A DNA stretch of 64,000 nucleotides, from the IMG/VR virus record IMGVR_UViG_3300047564_006189, positions 125 through 64,124 of that record. One strand, 5' to 3'. Within the stretch, counting starts at the first letter, position 1; each line of letters opens with the position of its first letter. Below the pieces are notes generated by a model that had not been told where the DNA came from, made no database searches, and saw nothing but the letters and a program-made list of their open reading frames with translations. Positions 1 through 11,300 of the stretch are shown here, one piece after another. The stretch comes from a virus (Duplodnaviria; Caudoviricetes). The position numbers were made by a program, and so were the translations under genes.

Positions 1-1662
1 AAATGTTTTATAATTTGACTGAAATTGATTGTTTAAAACTGTTACATAACTGCTGCCTTGACCATTTAGGTATATGCTTGATGTGCCATTCTTTTTGACT
101 GATGTTACAATTCCACCGGCGTTTGTGGTAGTTGCCTCTAAATAAACAGGATACATGCCGCCAGTTTTGTCAGTAACTGACAAATTATTGAATTTTAACA
201 AAAGGCTCGTTCCGGTTAGTGCAGAAAGTGGGGAATTTGGTGGGGTGAAATCCCCATTATAAACTGCGGTCCCCTTAACAATACGAAAATCTGAAATGTA
301 ACCTTGATATGGCGCGAGGGCAGCATTATCTCTTCGACCTATAAAATACTCAGTTGTTGTGGAGGCAAAATTGATGCTGTGGCTTGTAGTTGTTGTGGCT
401 TTACCATTTACATAAATTTTAAAGACATTGCTACTTCTAACCCATGCAACATGTGACCAGTGGAAGTTTTCTACATTCTGCGATGAAGTTCGTTTTGCGG
501 TACCATCCCACAAAGCTGGTTTAGCGGCATCTAGCAAAAAACCAATTTGCGGAACACTATTATATGAATTAAAAAGAACATTTTCGCCAGAAAGGAACGG
601 ATAAACCCAACACTCAACAGTAAAATCTCCGGTTCCAAAAACAAATGCGTCGTTTGGCTGGAGTCTTAATGCTTGTGGGTTACCAGAAAAGGTTCGAAAA
701 TAGGCAGAACCAACTGTTGATGAAGTTTGTACTGGCACTCCAAACGGACTAAATCTGGCTGCTTGCGCACCAGAGACTTGTAATTTGTAGTTATTTGGAC
801 TGCTATCTTTAAGGACACCATCTTGGAAAACAAGTAACTGAGTTCCAGAAATTGCGGTCAGTGCTGTAGTTGAAGGTGTAAAATTCGTATCATAAACAAC
901 TGAATTACAAATTCTAAGATTTGATATATAGCCTGGAGAAAACCGTCTAGTTCTACCAGTATTATTTCCGATATACAAAACTGAAGATGCATTAGTTGTT
1001 GTGGCGGAAGCCGCAGATTTACTTGTGGTGGAATCTAAAACACCGTCAATATAAATTTTAGCATTATCAGTTGCTGTTGTCTGATCATAAGTAACAGCAA
1101 TATGCGTCCATCTTAATGGGATGTCAGAAATAGATTGAGCCGTGCAAACTGTCGCCCCACCATTGCCGATAGTTAATTTTAATTTATTCGCTAAGATTGA
1201 CAGAGTAATCCCAAGTCCAGTGTCTGAGTTATTTTTATCATCAAGAATTACTTGTGCCGTGGATGCGTTTGCTCCTCTAACTAGTGGGAATATCCAGCCC
1301 TCAATTGTGAATTTAGCGGTTGGTGTGTGGAGGAATGTAAATCCAGACGAAGTTGTAAAAGGCGACACATAATCTGCTGCCTCTTCAAAATATTCCGACC
1401 AAAGACCAACTTGTCCATATGGATTAAATGAAGTCTGTACCACACGGCGTACTCCGCCAACGCTGTTAGTAACTGTGAAATTATTATCAGACGAATCAAA
1501 AAAGATTCTACTATCTGCAGTGCTTGAAAATGTTTCACCATCCAAAAATAGAGACAAATAAGCAGAATTAGATAAAATTTCTGAAGTCACTGGGGCTTGC
1601 GCTTGACTTGACAATATCAAGATTCTTCCTGCGGCGGCCACTGTTAGTTGTAATGCAAGCAT
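1..1662 (-). CDS. LamG/concanavalin-like domain virion (tail) protein, runs off the window start
   Basis: ATG at 1662 after an AAGGGA RBS; frame spot-checked as open at the window edge; LamG-type motifs FTIEGWIFP, WTHIAVT, GYISNLRI, FTVECWVYP; absent from the ORF track because it has no stop in the window. Confidence 0.75.
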   Translation of the reverse strand, partial: MLALQLTVAAAGRILILSSQAQAPVTSEILSNSAYLSLFLDGETFSSTADSRIFFDSSDNNFTVTNSVGGVRRVVQTSFNPYGQVGLWSEYFEEAADYVSPFTTSSGFTFLHTPTAKFTIEGWIFPLVRGANASTAQVILDDKNNSDTGLGITLSILANKLKLTIGNGGATVCTAQSISDIPLRWTHIAVTYDQTTATDNAKIYIDGVLDSTTSKSAASATTTNASSVLYIGNNTGRTRRFSPGYISNLRICNSVVYDTNFTPSTTALTAISGTQLLVFQDGVLKDSSPNNYKLQVSGAQAARFSPFGVPVQTSSTVGSAYFRTFSGNPQALRLQPNDAFVFGTGDFTVECWVYPFLSGENVLFNSYNSVPQIGFLLDAAKPALWDGTAKRTSSQNVENFHWSHVAWVRSSNVFKIYVNGKATTTTSHSINFASTTTEYFIGRRDNAALAPYQGYISDFRIVKGTAVYNGDFTPPNSPLSALTGTSLLLKFNNLSVTDKTGGMYPVYLEATTTNAGGIVTSVKKNGTSSIYLNGQGSSYVTVLNNQFQSNYKTF

Positions 1663-1696
1663 TTTTAATCCCTTTTAGTGTTGTTTTAATTATTTA

Positions 1697-2503
1697 TCAA
1701 GCATAATTCTGGCCGGAAATAAAACCGAACCAAGAAGTACCACTGTTATAAGTAACTAAAGTAACAACATCTACTCTGGTAGCAGTTGTTGATAGAGTCG
1801 GCGCGGCCGCATTTGCCCATTTAACTGCATTAGGCCAAGTTATAGTCTTACTGCCGCCACCAGCTTGCTCAATAAACATGTTCAGGGAAGCAACTTTTGG
1901 TGCTGACGGAACATTACTAAATGTTAGTGTGTTAATACTTGAACTAAGTGTTAAAAGCACCATTGAGCCTGATGAAACATCAATGTTTGTTGTTGAGGCC
2001 CCAGTCACAGAGAAATATGATTCAGTGTATGATTTCAACTCTGCTGGACCAGTTAACACCAAGTTAGTAACTGTTGTGGTACCGGTTACAGTATCACCAG
2101 TTTTTAACATATATGTGTCAGCTAATGAGGGGATATCAGCTGCGGTTAATGTTGTTGCTGAGGTTACTCGACCTTTAGCATCAACCGTAACTTTTGTATA
2201 TGTTCCAGCAGCTACTCCAGAATTATTAAGTGATAATGTTAAGGAGCCAGTTGTTGTAATTGGGCCACCACTTACAGTAATATCTGTTGATGTAGCATTA
2301 ACTGAAGTTACAGTGCCTGATCCACCACCGCCACCACCAGCTACTTCTACCCAGGCAGAACCATTATAAACAACAATAGCCTGACTATCTGATCTGTAAA
2401 ATAATTCACCAACATTAGGATTTGATGGATTTGATGTTCCTGAAGCTAAAACCAAATTTGTAGCGGTGGAGCCTTCCACCAGATTAAGGCCGTCGAGTAA
2501 CAT
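1697..2503 (-). CDS. short tail-fibre-like protein
   Basis: N-terminus MLLDGL.LVEGSTA.NLV shared with the 1514-aa fibre; TYTKVTVDAKGRVT fibre repeat; C-terminal ITWPNAVKWA motif. Confidence 0.75.
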   Translation of the reverse strand: MLLDGLNLVEGSTATNLVLASGTSNPSNPNVGELFYRSDSQAIVVYNGSAWVEVAGGGGGGSGTVTSVNATSTDITVSGGPITTTGSLTLSLNNSGVAAGTYTKVTVDAKGRVTSATTLTAADIPSLADTYMLKTGDTVTGTTTVTNLVLTGPAELKSYTESYFSVTGASTTNIDVSSGSMVLLTLSSSINTLTFSNVPSAPKVASLNMFIEQAGGGSKTITWPNAVKWANAAAPTLSTTATRVDVVTLVTYNSGTSWFGFISGQNYA

Positions 2504-2585
2504 AATTAGATTCCCCTAAGATTGTATTAGGTAAAAGGTACTTGTTATTTATTAGAACGAAAAAATAATGCGTAAAATAAGATAA

Positions 2586-2620
2586 AATGACGGTCTGAAT
2601 TTTTCATTCAGACCGTCATT
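2586..2620 (-). terminator. intrinsic terminator after the long tail fibre
   Basis: 15-bp perfect stem AATGACGGTCTGAAT/ATTCAGACCGTCATT followed by T-rich sequence on the minus strand. Confidence 0.75.
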
Positions 2621-2642
2621 CCCATTTCTGCTTCTTTAATTA

Positions 2643-5600
2643 TTATTCTTTATTATCAATCTTAGCCTTAAGAATTTCAATCTCCGTAGATAGCTCTTTA
2701 ACTGCTTTAAATAACACCGCAATTAAATCCTGAGAATTGAATTTCAACAGATTTGCATCTGAGGCATCAATAATTGTTGCATCGCCTTGGAGCGGTAATA
2801 GCTCTTGAGCGGAGAAGCCGAGAATCTTACGACCAACTGCCTCTTCTGAGTCACGTGATTTCTTAAAGCGATAAGAAATCGGATTCACTGAATTGACGAA
2901 GCCAAGACCAAGCGTTACAGGTGCAATTTCTGTCTTATCACGGATGTCTGATGGGACAGTGATTGCGACTTTGGCAGTGATGTTGGTGGTGCTGTTGTTA
3001 CCGATTACACCTTGATTGCTTTCGGTTGTAATATTCAACAATGCATCTGCACCAGAAAGATAACCTATGCCGAAGTTATTGGTTCCGGATGAGTAATACA
3101 GGGCATCTTGACCAATTGCTACATTCCATGACCCAGAAGCATTAGCATATAATGAACCACGACCAATACTAACATTTTGTTCGCCAGTTAGATTGTTGTA
3201 TTGTGAAGCATAACCTACGGCTACGCTGCTATGGCCAGTCGTGTTTTTATTCATGGCATCTGTGCCAAGAACAGTGAGTCTATAACCAGAGGTGTTAGTT
3301 TGAAGACTTCTAGTGCCAACTGCTACGTTATGATAACCGATAGTATTAGCAAGCAACGCTGCAAAACCGAGTGCACTATTTTCATAACCTGAAGTGTTAG
3401 CATATAACGCGCTTCGGCCGATTGCACTGTTATATGAACCTCCAGTGTTAGCGTACATTGACAGATGGCCTATAGCTACGTTATTTGAGCCGGTTGTATT
3501 GGCCTGCATTGCATTTGCGCCAACCGCAGTGTTTGCCCAACCAGCTTTATTAAGCAGCAGAGTAAATGGTCCGACTGCTACGTTATTGGTGCCGGAGGTG
3601 TTAGATTTCAGCGAGTCATAACCAACAGCAGTATTATACGTGCCAGTGGTATTTGCCATTAAAACTGCACGACCTACAGCAACGTTACCAATACCGGTTG
3701 TATTAGCTGCTAAAGCTGAAGTACCGAGAGCAATATTATCTTGGCCGCCTACGCCTCTGCCAACAGTGACTCCATTAATTAACGCATCACCACCATAAAC
3801 GTCAAGCCTAGCATTAACTGTACTAGTTCCAATACCAACATTACTATTTGTTTCTATTGTTAAAGCGACACCAGTTGTTGAATCACCCCACGTGTTAGTT
3901 GCAAATCTTAGTGGTCGAACTGTACCTGTTCCGCCACGATAAGGAGAAAACATCCACGTGTCTTCCAAATTTCTTAAACCAAAACCAGAAGCATTAGCAC
4001 CGCCGTTGTCTGAATACGCAACAATAAATGTTGATGATGATTTATTTGCTGATATTCTTGATGTACCTGTCATTTCTAAGTTATACTGTGGGCCATGACC
4101 GAATGTAAATGATGCTATTCCTGGTGATGGATTAGACCCGTACCCTACTGAAATTGCAGACATGGTGGCAGTGCCAATCACATGTAATCTTTGCGTAGGT
4201 GCTGTGGTGCCGATGCCAACGAAGCCCGAAGAATCAATTCGCATTCTTTCACCACCATTAGTTGAGAAACCTAATGTTGTTGTGGTTGGTTTGAAGATAC
4301 CAGTTGCAAAATCATCAAGGAACGACAATGATGGTGAAGATGTACTGCCACTTCCTATTCTTAGAGCTGTAGTTGTTGCAGTTCCCGCAACAGTTAATCT
4401 GTTACCACCATGGGCTGTAGTACCAACCATCATGTTACCATCTGTAACGGCCATATGCAACGTTGCAGAGGATGAGCCATAAAGCATCAACCATGCTTCT
4501 GAGCCATCATTTGGTGTAGGGAAATAACCAAGATGGAATTCATTGCCCTTTCCGAAATCCGTGCCGTTTTTAAGAACAAGATGACCAGAGGAAGTAGTCC
4601 AGGCATTTGGCAAATAAATTTGGCCAGACGATGAAACAGAAAGAGTTGTCGCAGCAAAAACTGAAGTTGCGCTGACATGGCCACCTACATGGAGTTTTGC
4701 TGAAGGCGATGATGTACCAACACCAACATTACCAGAAGAATCAATTCGCATTGCTTCATTGACACCAATACCAAATAGTAATGGTGTTGCACCTGAGACG
4801 GCGATTGTGTTTTGATTAAAACCAAGATATGAAGCTGTTGCTGTTGACTTGACTGCAAATAAGTAATCCACGCCCTGTGTCGCAATCCCACCAGGCGATG
4901 CACCATAAACCATAAGGCGATGGCCTAATGAATTAGTTGAGGTGCCGATTGCAACATTACCGGCAGAATCAATTCGCATTGATTCAACGCCGCCTTCTAC
5001 GAAGGCAAGTGTATCTGCAGCAGGATTGTAGATACCAGTATTAGTATCTGCTGAGAACGAGATTGACGGTGAAGATGTGGTTCCTGCACCAGCATGGAAG
5101 TTAGTACCAGTTAAGGTCCCAGTCACAGTATCACCAGCTTTTAACACATATGTGCTTGCTAATGAAGGAATATCACCAGCGGTTATTGAAGTGGCTGTGG
5201 TAACACGGCCTTTGGCGTCAACTGTAACTTTTGTATAAGACCCAGCAACTACGCCAGAGTTAGCCAACGTTAATGCAATTGAAGTTGACCCAGAACCTGT
5301 GGCATCACCGCTTACGGAAATTGATTCATTTCCTGTCAAATACGTGCTGGTATCAAGCGACCAAGAATCGACGCCGGTTTTCTTAAGAAGACCAGAAGTA
5401 CCAGCCAGACCAGCAATTGCGGTAAGATCGGCATCTAACGGTTGGTATGTACTTGAAAGTGATGGGATGTCACCAGCAGATAATGCGCCGCCAGAAACCA
5501 CTCGACCATATGCATCTGTGGTGACTTTTGCATATGTGCCGGCAGTTCCAGTTGTAGCTAAATCAATGCTATCGGCATTAACAATAACTCTATCAGCTGA

Positions 5601-7187
5601 AGCAGAAACAACATTCACGGTGTTTCCAGTTTTTGTTAAACCTGCACCAGCTGTGACTTGACCTAAGCCGTTGAATTGAACAAATGTTAAAGTTGTGATG
5701 CCGAGTGAAATTGGGTTATTTGTGCTTAGTACCCACCCAGAATCGGCATTTGTGGTGCCTTCTTCTACGAAAGCGTACATGCCAGAAGTAACTTCTCCAT
5801 CTGGTGTATTATCTGCATCGCTTGCTCTAGACCAAGAACCTGCAGCCACGACATAAATTCCATTGTCGGCAGCTACAGTCTGATCTTTAACTAAAACGCG
5901 ATTACCAGCAACTACAGCAACGCCATCAATTGTTTGGGTTCCAGATAATGTGATATTGCCTGTGGTGGCAACTCGAACTGATGCCTTCATATCAAGGCCA
6001 GTTATTGTGTTATCAACATAATCCTTAGTTGCGGCATGGCTGCCTGAAACAGGTGTTCCAACCGTTACTGGGCTATTGAATGTCCAGGTACCAGAAATTG
6101 TTTCAGATGAACCAACACGAGCTAATAAGGCACCATCAGTTATTTGTGTTTCAGCTATTGTCAATGAGGCTTGGTGTTGTGTAACGTTAGAAGAAGCAAC
6201 GATAGAATCACTCAACGTCCCTGAAGTTATTTGAGATGCCGCAATTGCAATATTTGTGGCTGTGGCGCTAGTCAAACGGCCTTTCGCATCAACAGTTACA
6301 GTTGGTACGGCTGAGGCAGTGCCATATGTGCCAGCCGCTACACCTGAATTAGCTAAGGTTAATGAAATTGATGTTGAACCGGAACCGGTCGCATCGCCTG
6401 ATAAAGAAATTGTTTCATTCCCAGTTAAGTAGGTTCCAGCTAATGAGGGGATATCACCAGCATCTAATGTAGTAGCTGTGGTAACACGACCCTTTTCATC
6501 AACAGTAACTTTTGTGTATGTGCCAGCTACTACACCAGAAGTAGCCAAAGTCAATGTTGCAGTATCACCACCAACTATGGTTCCGGTAACATCACCTTCA
6601 ACATCTGCTGTGAATAAGCCAGATGGAATTGAACCTGCGCCAGTTACTTGAATCCAATTGCCGCCGCTGTAAACGTGCAAGCCTTCCGCGGAATCTCCAG
6701 TGCCATCAGCGTAGAATGCATTACCTTCTACGGCAGACACATCACCAGTAGATGTTCCAACGTACACCGTCGCTGTTGTTACCACGCCCCATGAGACATT
6801 GGTACCATCAGTTTTAAGGAATTTTTGTGAGTTTGCCGTTTGTGCAGGCAGAAGATTGTTGATAGCGGTTGCTGTGGTTGTTGCACCAGTACCGCCTTTG
6901 CTTATTGGGATTGTGTTAAGTGACAGCGTAATTGTACCACTTGAGGTCACTGGGCTGCCGCTAACAGCTAAATCTGAAGATGAAATTCCTAGCGATGTGA
7001 CTGTTCCAAGTCCACCAACTGAAGAAACGTTTGTCCAAGTTGAGCCATTGTAGATGCTAAGTTGAGACAAATCTGATCTATAAAAAAGTTCTCCAAGATC
7101 TGCACTGCTTGGGAAACTTGAACCAGAGGCAATTACCAAATTACTTGCAGTGGAACCCTCTACTAGGATTAGGCCGTCGAGCAGCAT
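2643..7187 (-). CDS. long tail fibre / receptor-binding protein with C-terminal intramolecular chaperone (peptidase S74-like)
   Basis: 1514 aa, Gly/Ser/Thr-rich; KVTVD.KGRVT, AATKDYVD, MRIDSSGNVGIGT and NTAVG.(S/A)L..NT.G repeats; ends SDIRDKTEI...LIAVLFKAVKEL coiled coil. Confidence 0.9.
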   Translation of the reverse strand: MLLDGLILVEGSTASNLVIASGSSFPSSADLGELFYRSDLSQLSIYNGSTWTNVSSVGGLGTVTSLGISSSDLAVSGSPVTSSGTITLSLNTIPISKGGTGATTTATAINNLLPAQTANSQKFLKTDGTNVSWGVVTTATVYVGTSTGDVSAVEGNAFYADGTGDSAEGLHVYSGGNWIQVTGAGSIPSGLFTADVEGDVTGTIVGGDTATLTLATSGVVAGTYTKVTVDEKGRVTTATTLDAGDIPSLAGTYLTGNETISLSGDATGSGSTSISLTLANSGVAAGTYGTASAVPTVTVDAKGRLTSATATNIAIAASQITSGTLSDSIVASSNVTQHQASLTIAETQITDGALLARVGSSETISGTWTFNSPVTVGTPVSGSHAATKDYVDNTITGLDMKASVRVATTGNITLSGTQTIDGVAVVAGNRVLVKDQTVAADNGIYVVAAGSWSRASDADNTPDGEVTSGMYAFVEEGTTNADSGWVLSTNNPISLGITTLTFVQFNGLGQVTAGAGLTKTGNTVNVVSASADRVIVNADSIDLATTGTAGTYAKVTTDAYGRVVSGGALSAGDIPSLSSTYQPLDADLTAIAGLAGTSGLLKKTGVDSWSLDTSTYLTGNESISVSGDATGSGSTSIALTLANSGVVAGSYTKVTVDAKGRVTTATSITAGDIPSLASTYVLKAGDTVTGTLTGTNFHAGAGTTSSPSISFSADTNTGIYNPAADTLAFVEGGVESMRIDSAGNVAIGTSTNSLGHRLMVYGASPGGIATQGVDYLFAVKSTATASYLGFNQNTIAVSGATPLLFGIGVNEAMRIDSSGNVGVGTSSPSAKLHVGGHVSATSVFAATTLSVSSSGQIYLPNAWTTSSGHLVLKNGTDFGKGNEFHLGYFPTPNDGSEAWLMLYGSSSATLHMAVTDGNMMVGTTAHGGNRLTVAGTATTTALRIGSGSTSSPSLSFLDDFATGIFKPTTTTLGFSTNGGERMRIDSSGFVGIGTTAPTQRLHVIGTATMSAISVGYGSNPSPGIASFTFGHGPQYNLEMTGTSRISANKSSSTFIVAYSDNGGANASGFGLRNLEDTWMFSPYRGGTGTVRPLRFATNTWGDSTTGVALTIETNSNVGIGTSTVNARLDVYGGDALINGVTVGRGVGGQDNIALGTSALAANTTGIGNVAVGRAVLMANTTGTYNTAVGYDSLKSNTSGTNNVAVGPFTLLLNKAGWANTAVGANAMQANTTGSNNVAIGHLSMYANTGGSYNSAIGRSALYANTSGYENSALGFAALLANTIGYHNVAVGTRSLQTNTSGYRLTVLGTDAMNKNTTGHSSVAVGYASQYNNLTGEQNVSIGRGSLYANASGSWNVAIGQDALYYSSGTNNFGIGYLSGADALLNITTESNQGVIGNNSTTNITAKVAITVPSDIRDKTEIAPVTLGLGFVNSVNPISYRFKKSRDSEEAVGRKILGFSAQELLPLQGDATIIDASDANLLKFNSQDLIAVLFKAVKELSTEIEILKAKIDNKE

Positions 7188-7322
7188 AAGTGAACCCCCA
7201 ATAATATTAAGAAATAAAATATACGATTTATTTATTAATACGTGTGGGATTTAGCGGAGAATCATCGAGCTTGCGCAAAATAGCCGTATACACAGTTCAA
7301 ATATTGATTATGACCAAATTAT

Positions 7323-7889
7323 TTAAAATGTAAATGTCGTCGGAATTGAAAATCTCAGATTGTATATTCTCAATAATTGTCCAGTCGTAACATTTACGTT
7401 TGCGATTTCCAAATCTGCACCTGAACCAACCACACCAACGCTACCAACTATTTGGTGAAATAGTGGGGCAGAATTATAATAATCGACATTGCTATTAGGT
7501 GGTATTATGGTTGATAGAAGCAAAAACCAGGTAGCAGTGCCCGACGACGTAGCAGGTTTATATGCACTAGTCAGAACTGATGGGGAAGCATAAAATGATG
7601 CGGAAGACGCAGTAGTGAATTCTGCGCCTTCAAAGGCACATAAAACTGTTGAAGTATAAGAAGAAAATGAGGTGACCGTGGAAATAACAGCTGGAGGCGT
7701 ACCTTGCATAACTATTAATCTGCCCGCTGGGTACGGCGTCGATGTCACTGGTTTATATCTTTCTGGTAATAGCGGTTGGGTGACAGCACCATTTGACACA
7801 AATCCTGAATCGCCAACTTCAAATATTCTTTTGGCTGCAGAAGTGTTATTGCCTGCTGCGAAATCAGGGCTTAGATAAATTGTCCCCAT
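7323..7889 (-). CDS. virion structural protein (paralog family with 7898, 12989, 13916)
   Basis: SGTATWF...GSVG..GSGADL.I motif; lies in the late structural cluster. Confidence 0.6.
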   Translation of the reverse strand: MGTIYLSPDFAAGNNTSAAKRIFEVGDSGFVSNGAVTQPLLPERYKPVTSTPYPAGRLIVMQGTPPAVISTVTSFSSYTSTVLCAFEGAEFTTASSASFYASPSVLTSAYKPATSSGTATWFLLLSTIIPPNSNVDYYNSAPLFHQIVGSVGVVGSGADLEIANVNVTTGQLLRIYNLRFSIPTTFTF

Positions 7890-7897
7890 TATTCACC

Positions 7898-8359
7898 TCA
7901 AATTATAGTTATTCCTGCATCGACAAATGTTATTGCTGACGCAGTTGTGAAATTAAGTGAAGAAAAACGAATCACACCGCTATTTGCGGTAGTTGTAACA
8001 TCTCCAATAATGAAACGTGTAGAAGGGATTGTGGCCGAACCTAATTGTCCACTTGATGCACCAGTGCTAATCGTCGAATTCCATAAAATACACCAAGCTG
8101 CAGTGCCAGCTCGCAGCGGGATAGCCGCAGTGGGAGGCGTAGAGGCATATACTGTTAGACTGTTTTGTAAACTCCAGACTATCCCGCTACTGTGCCAAAG
8201 ACAATTTGCCGCACTCTGGTTGTACGATGCCCAGCTGTTGAGTATAGTTTGCGGAGTTGGTTGTACTCCAGAATATACTGTGATAGAGCCACCCAAACCC
8301 TGCCGGATACCTCTTTCTGCAAAAACCCTTTTGATATTTGGATGATAAAGAAGAGCCAT
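7898..8359 (-). CDS. virion structural protein (paralog family)
   Basis: ITVYSGVQP...AGTAAWC...IIGDV motif. Confidence 0.6.
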   Translation of the reverse strand: MALLYHPNIKRVFAERGIRQGLGGSITVYSGVQPTPQTILNSWASYNQSAANCLWHSSGIVWSLQNSLTVYASTPPTAAIPLRAGTAAWCILWNSTISTGASSGQLGSATIPSTRFIIGDVTTTANSGVIRFSSLNFTTASAITFVDAGITII

Positions 8360-8398
8360 TGTTGATTTAATCCTTTAATTTATAGATTCTTTATTTAT

Positions 8399-11300
8399 TC
8401 AATTTGCTGGCGTCATAGAAATTGGTAGTTCATTTGCTGAAATTTCTTCCGGCGAATATAAAGTTGACACACTTAAAGTCCCAGTTGACGGCATTGAGCT
8501 AATGTTTATTGGTAGGCTGTCGGCAGAATTCTGGTCAGGTGAATACGCGGTAACAACAGAATTAATTCCAGAAGTTGACAGAGAAGTTAGATAAACATCA
8601 AACGAAGAAATTAATCTAGTAAAGAATGACTCGCCTATTTGACCAATCGCAAATACCGGAAATTCATTTATTGGTCCACCTTCAACAGTCAATAAATTCA
8701 AAGATGTACCAAAATCTGTTTCTGATACTGTGTAATTTCCAGTATATAGACATACATTTTTGAGCAATCTTGTTGAATCCATACGTCCGATTAACCCAAG
8801 TCTATTACTACCAACTTGCTTATAAAAATTACCAAGATGCCAAGATGAATTATAAAAATTAGTAGTAACTCCAGAAACAACAGCAAATGGGTTTCCATTT
8901 AGGAAGGCATACAGAGTACCACCGCTTCTTGTTATGGCGATATTGTTCCAGGTGTTTAGAGAGACTGAGGAGGTGCTTAGTACTGTTGTTAATGTGCCAT
9001 TATTTCTAACTGAAAATCTTGGCTTCCAAGACCCTGCATCCGACTCTAAGCTTATGGAGATATCGCTTGCATCAACAGCACCACTTGTTGGATCAGGACA
9101 AGCACAAACCAGATATTGAGATTGTGTACCCTCAAACCCTCTTTGTTTAAACCAAGTTTCAAAAGTAAAATCTGCAATTTCCAGCGGCTTCACGACTCCC
9201 TTTGCGAAAAATGCACCGGAAGAACTATCAGTCATGTCTAAACATGACAAACCAAATTTGAAATCAGTCGTGGTAACTGTAGCTGAACCAACAAAACTGG
9301 TTTGATAATTGTAAGCAGATCGATCAAAAAGATTTGGGGATTCTTCATAATCTAATTTTATCAACACCTCTGGTTTATAAAATCGATCCCTTTGTGCGTT
9401 GTAGTTCTGGACAATTTCATTATCAGACAAACCACGGTTATACATTCTAAGATTGCCGATATCTACTGAAGTTCCTGTTACGCGATTACCGAATTGGATA
9501 TTTTTTAGCATTGAGGCATCAGTTCCTGTACCCCACAAAATTGAATTTTTATAACCAGATATTATGCTACCACTTCGTGAGAGTACAATATGGTCCCAAA
9601 CATTAGGCTGTGCGGTAGGCGCTAAACTTGAAATTGTTGCGGGTAGTACTAAATTGGTTGAAGAATACGTGTATGTTGCGTTGGCGCCCTCAGCGACTTT
9701 TAACCACATCTCTATAGCAAATTCCCCAGTTGATTCTCCATCAATATTTTCAATTAATGCTGTTGTTGCAGTACTGTCTAATTCGGAACATGATAATGAA
9801 AACGCGTTTGAAGAAGCGTGATCTAATTTTTGCGTACCACCAGTTAACAGTTCTGTTCCATCATTATTAACATTTAATAAAACTCCTGGATTGTTTCTAT
9901 CAAATGAGAAAGAATTAGAAGGATCAAAGTATAGATCTAAATTCTTTGCGACAATATTTTCATCATTGATATTTTCAGTAAACGCCAGTGCTGGTAGATT
10001 GAAGTCTTCTGTGTACTTAGCAAAATTGGATATTCTTAATTCATCAATGTAACCATTAAATGACACGCTACTTGCAGTATATGCGCCGACATAAAGTGTT
10101 GAGGACGCAGTAGAAAATCTATTTCCGGACCCAACTGGTAAATGCTTTTTGCCGTTAATAAAAATTAAATGATTAGTATTTTCTCTCTGGATAACCAAGT
10201 GGTACCAGGCACCAGTTAGAAAATTTGTAGTTGTTGTTCTACTGCCATCATTGTGATATGATAATACCACCGAGTTGGCATTTACATATAAAGTGAATCC
10301 CGAAATTGTTACCAAATCCTGAGAAATAATAGTATTAATTGAACTAGTATTAAAAAGCTGTGGATTAATCCAAGCCTCAATTGTAAAATCTCCGGCTAAG
10401 ATATTTTTTGCTGGTGTGGTTTTTATTCCAGATCCACCAGCTACAGACAACCCGCCTGATCCAAATGCAGCTGCCAAAGATGTTATTGTTGCTGAACTTG
10501 CCGGAGAGCCAGCATTATAGTATGTCCAATTTGACTGCATTTGATCAATAAATTGCGTAGATGCGGTATCATCAAAATGCAACAAATGCAGTGGTAATAT
10601 TGGGGGTTCTGTTGATGTTTGTCTTGGCGGAATGAAATCATCATAATAGCGTGCAATGCCTTTGGTTATTCTAATGTCATCAAAATATCCATAGCTTGAC
10701 CTTGACCCGTCTGAAATTGTTGCAACTCTAAGTGGAAGTTCTGGTGCCTTTATTGTGCCAGTAAAAAATCCAGTAAAAGAACTAATATTTTTACCATTCA
10801 CAAACCCCTGAAGCATGTCATTACGTCTTACCACTGCCCAGTGATACCAACCTAATGATGAAAACGGGTCATGTTCATCATCATTTTTGATGCCTTCAAA
10901 ACGAACAGTTTTAGAACCATCAGACAGAGAAAATGCTAATTGTGAGGAATCAATTCCTTGAGAAACTAACCAGCTTGATGTTGCTGTTGTGTTAGACCAA
11001 ACACCAATTAGTGCACCATCACTTGATAATTTTAGCGGACTCCACCAACCCTCTATAGTAAAATCTTTATCAGATAAATCTAAGCTTTCAGTATCATCCT
11101 GTAAAACTAGCAGTCTAGTGTTAGCAACAATTGATAAATTATTTTTAGGAACAGCGAAATCTGTTGTGTAAACTTCTGTACCTTTTACTACCCTCAGGTT
11201 TGAAATATGTCCTCGAAAAAAATTGGCGGTAGCCGTTGCTCCACCATGCCTACCTATTAAGAATCTGTTATTACTAACAGCTGTTAAGCTTCCGGTTGAT

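Noticed and set aside
2586-2620. GTCTGAA/TTCAGAC hairpin as a Neisseria DNA uptake sequence pair
   Set aside because: It does not match GCCGTCTGAA, I noticed it only once, and a terminator explains it.
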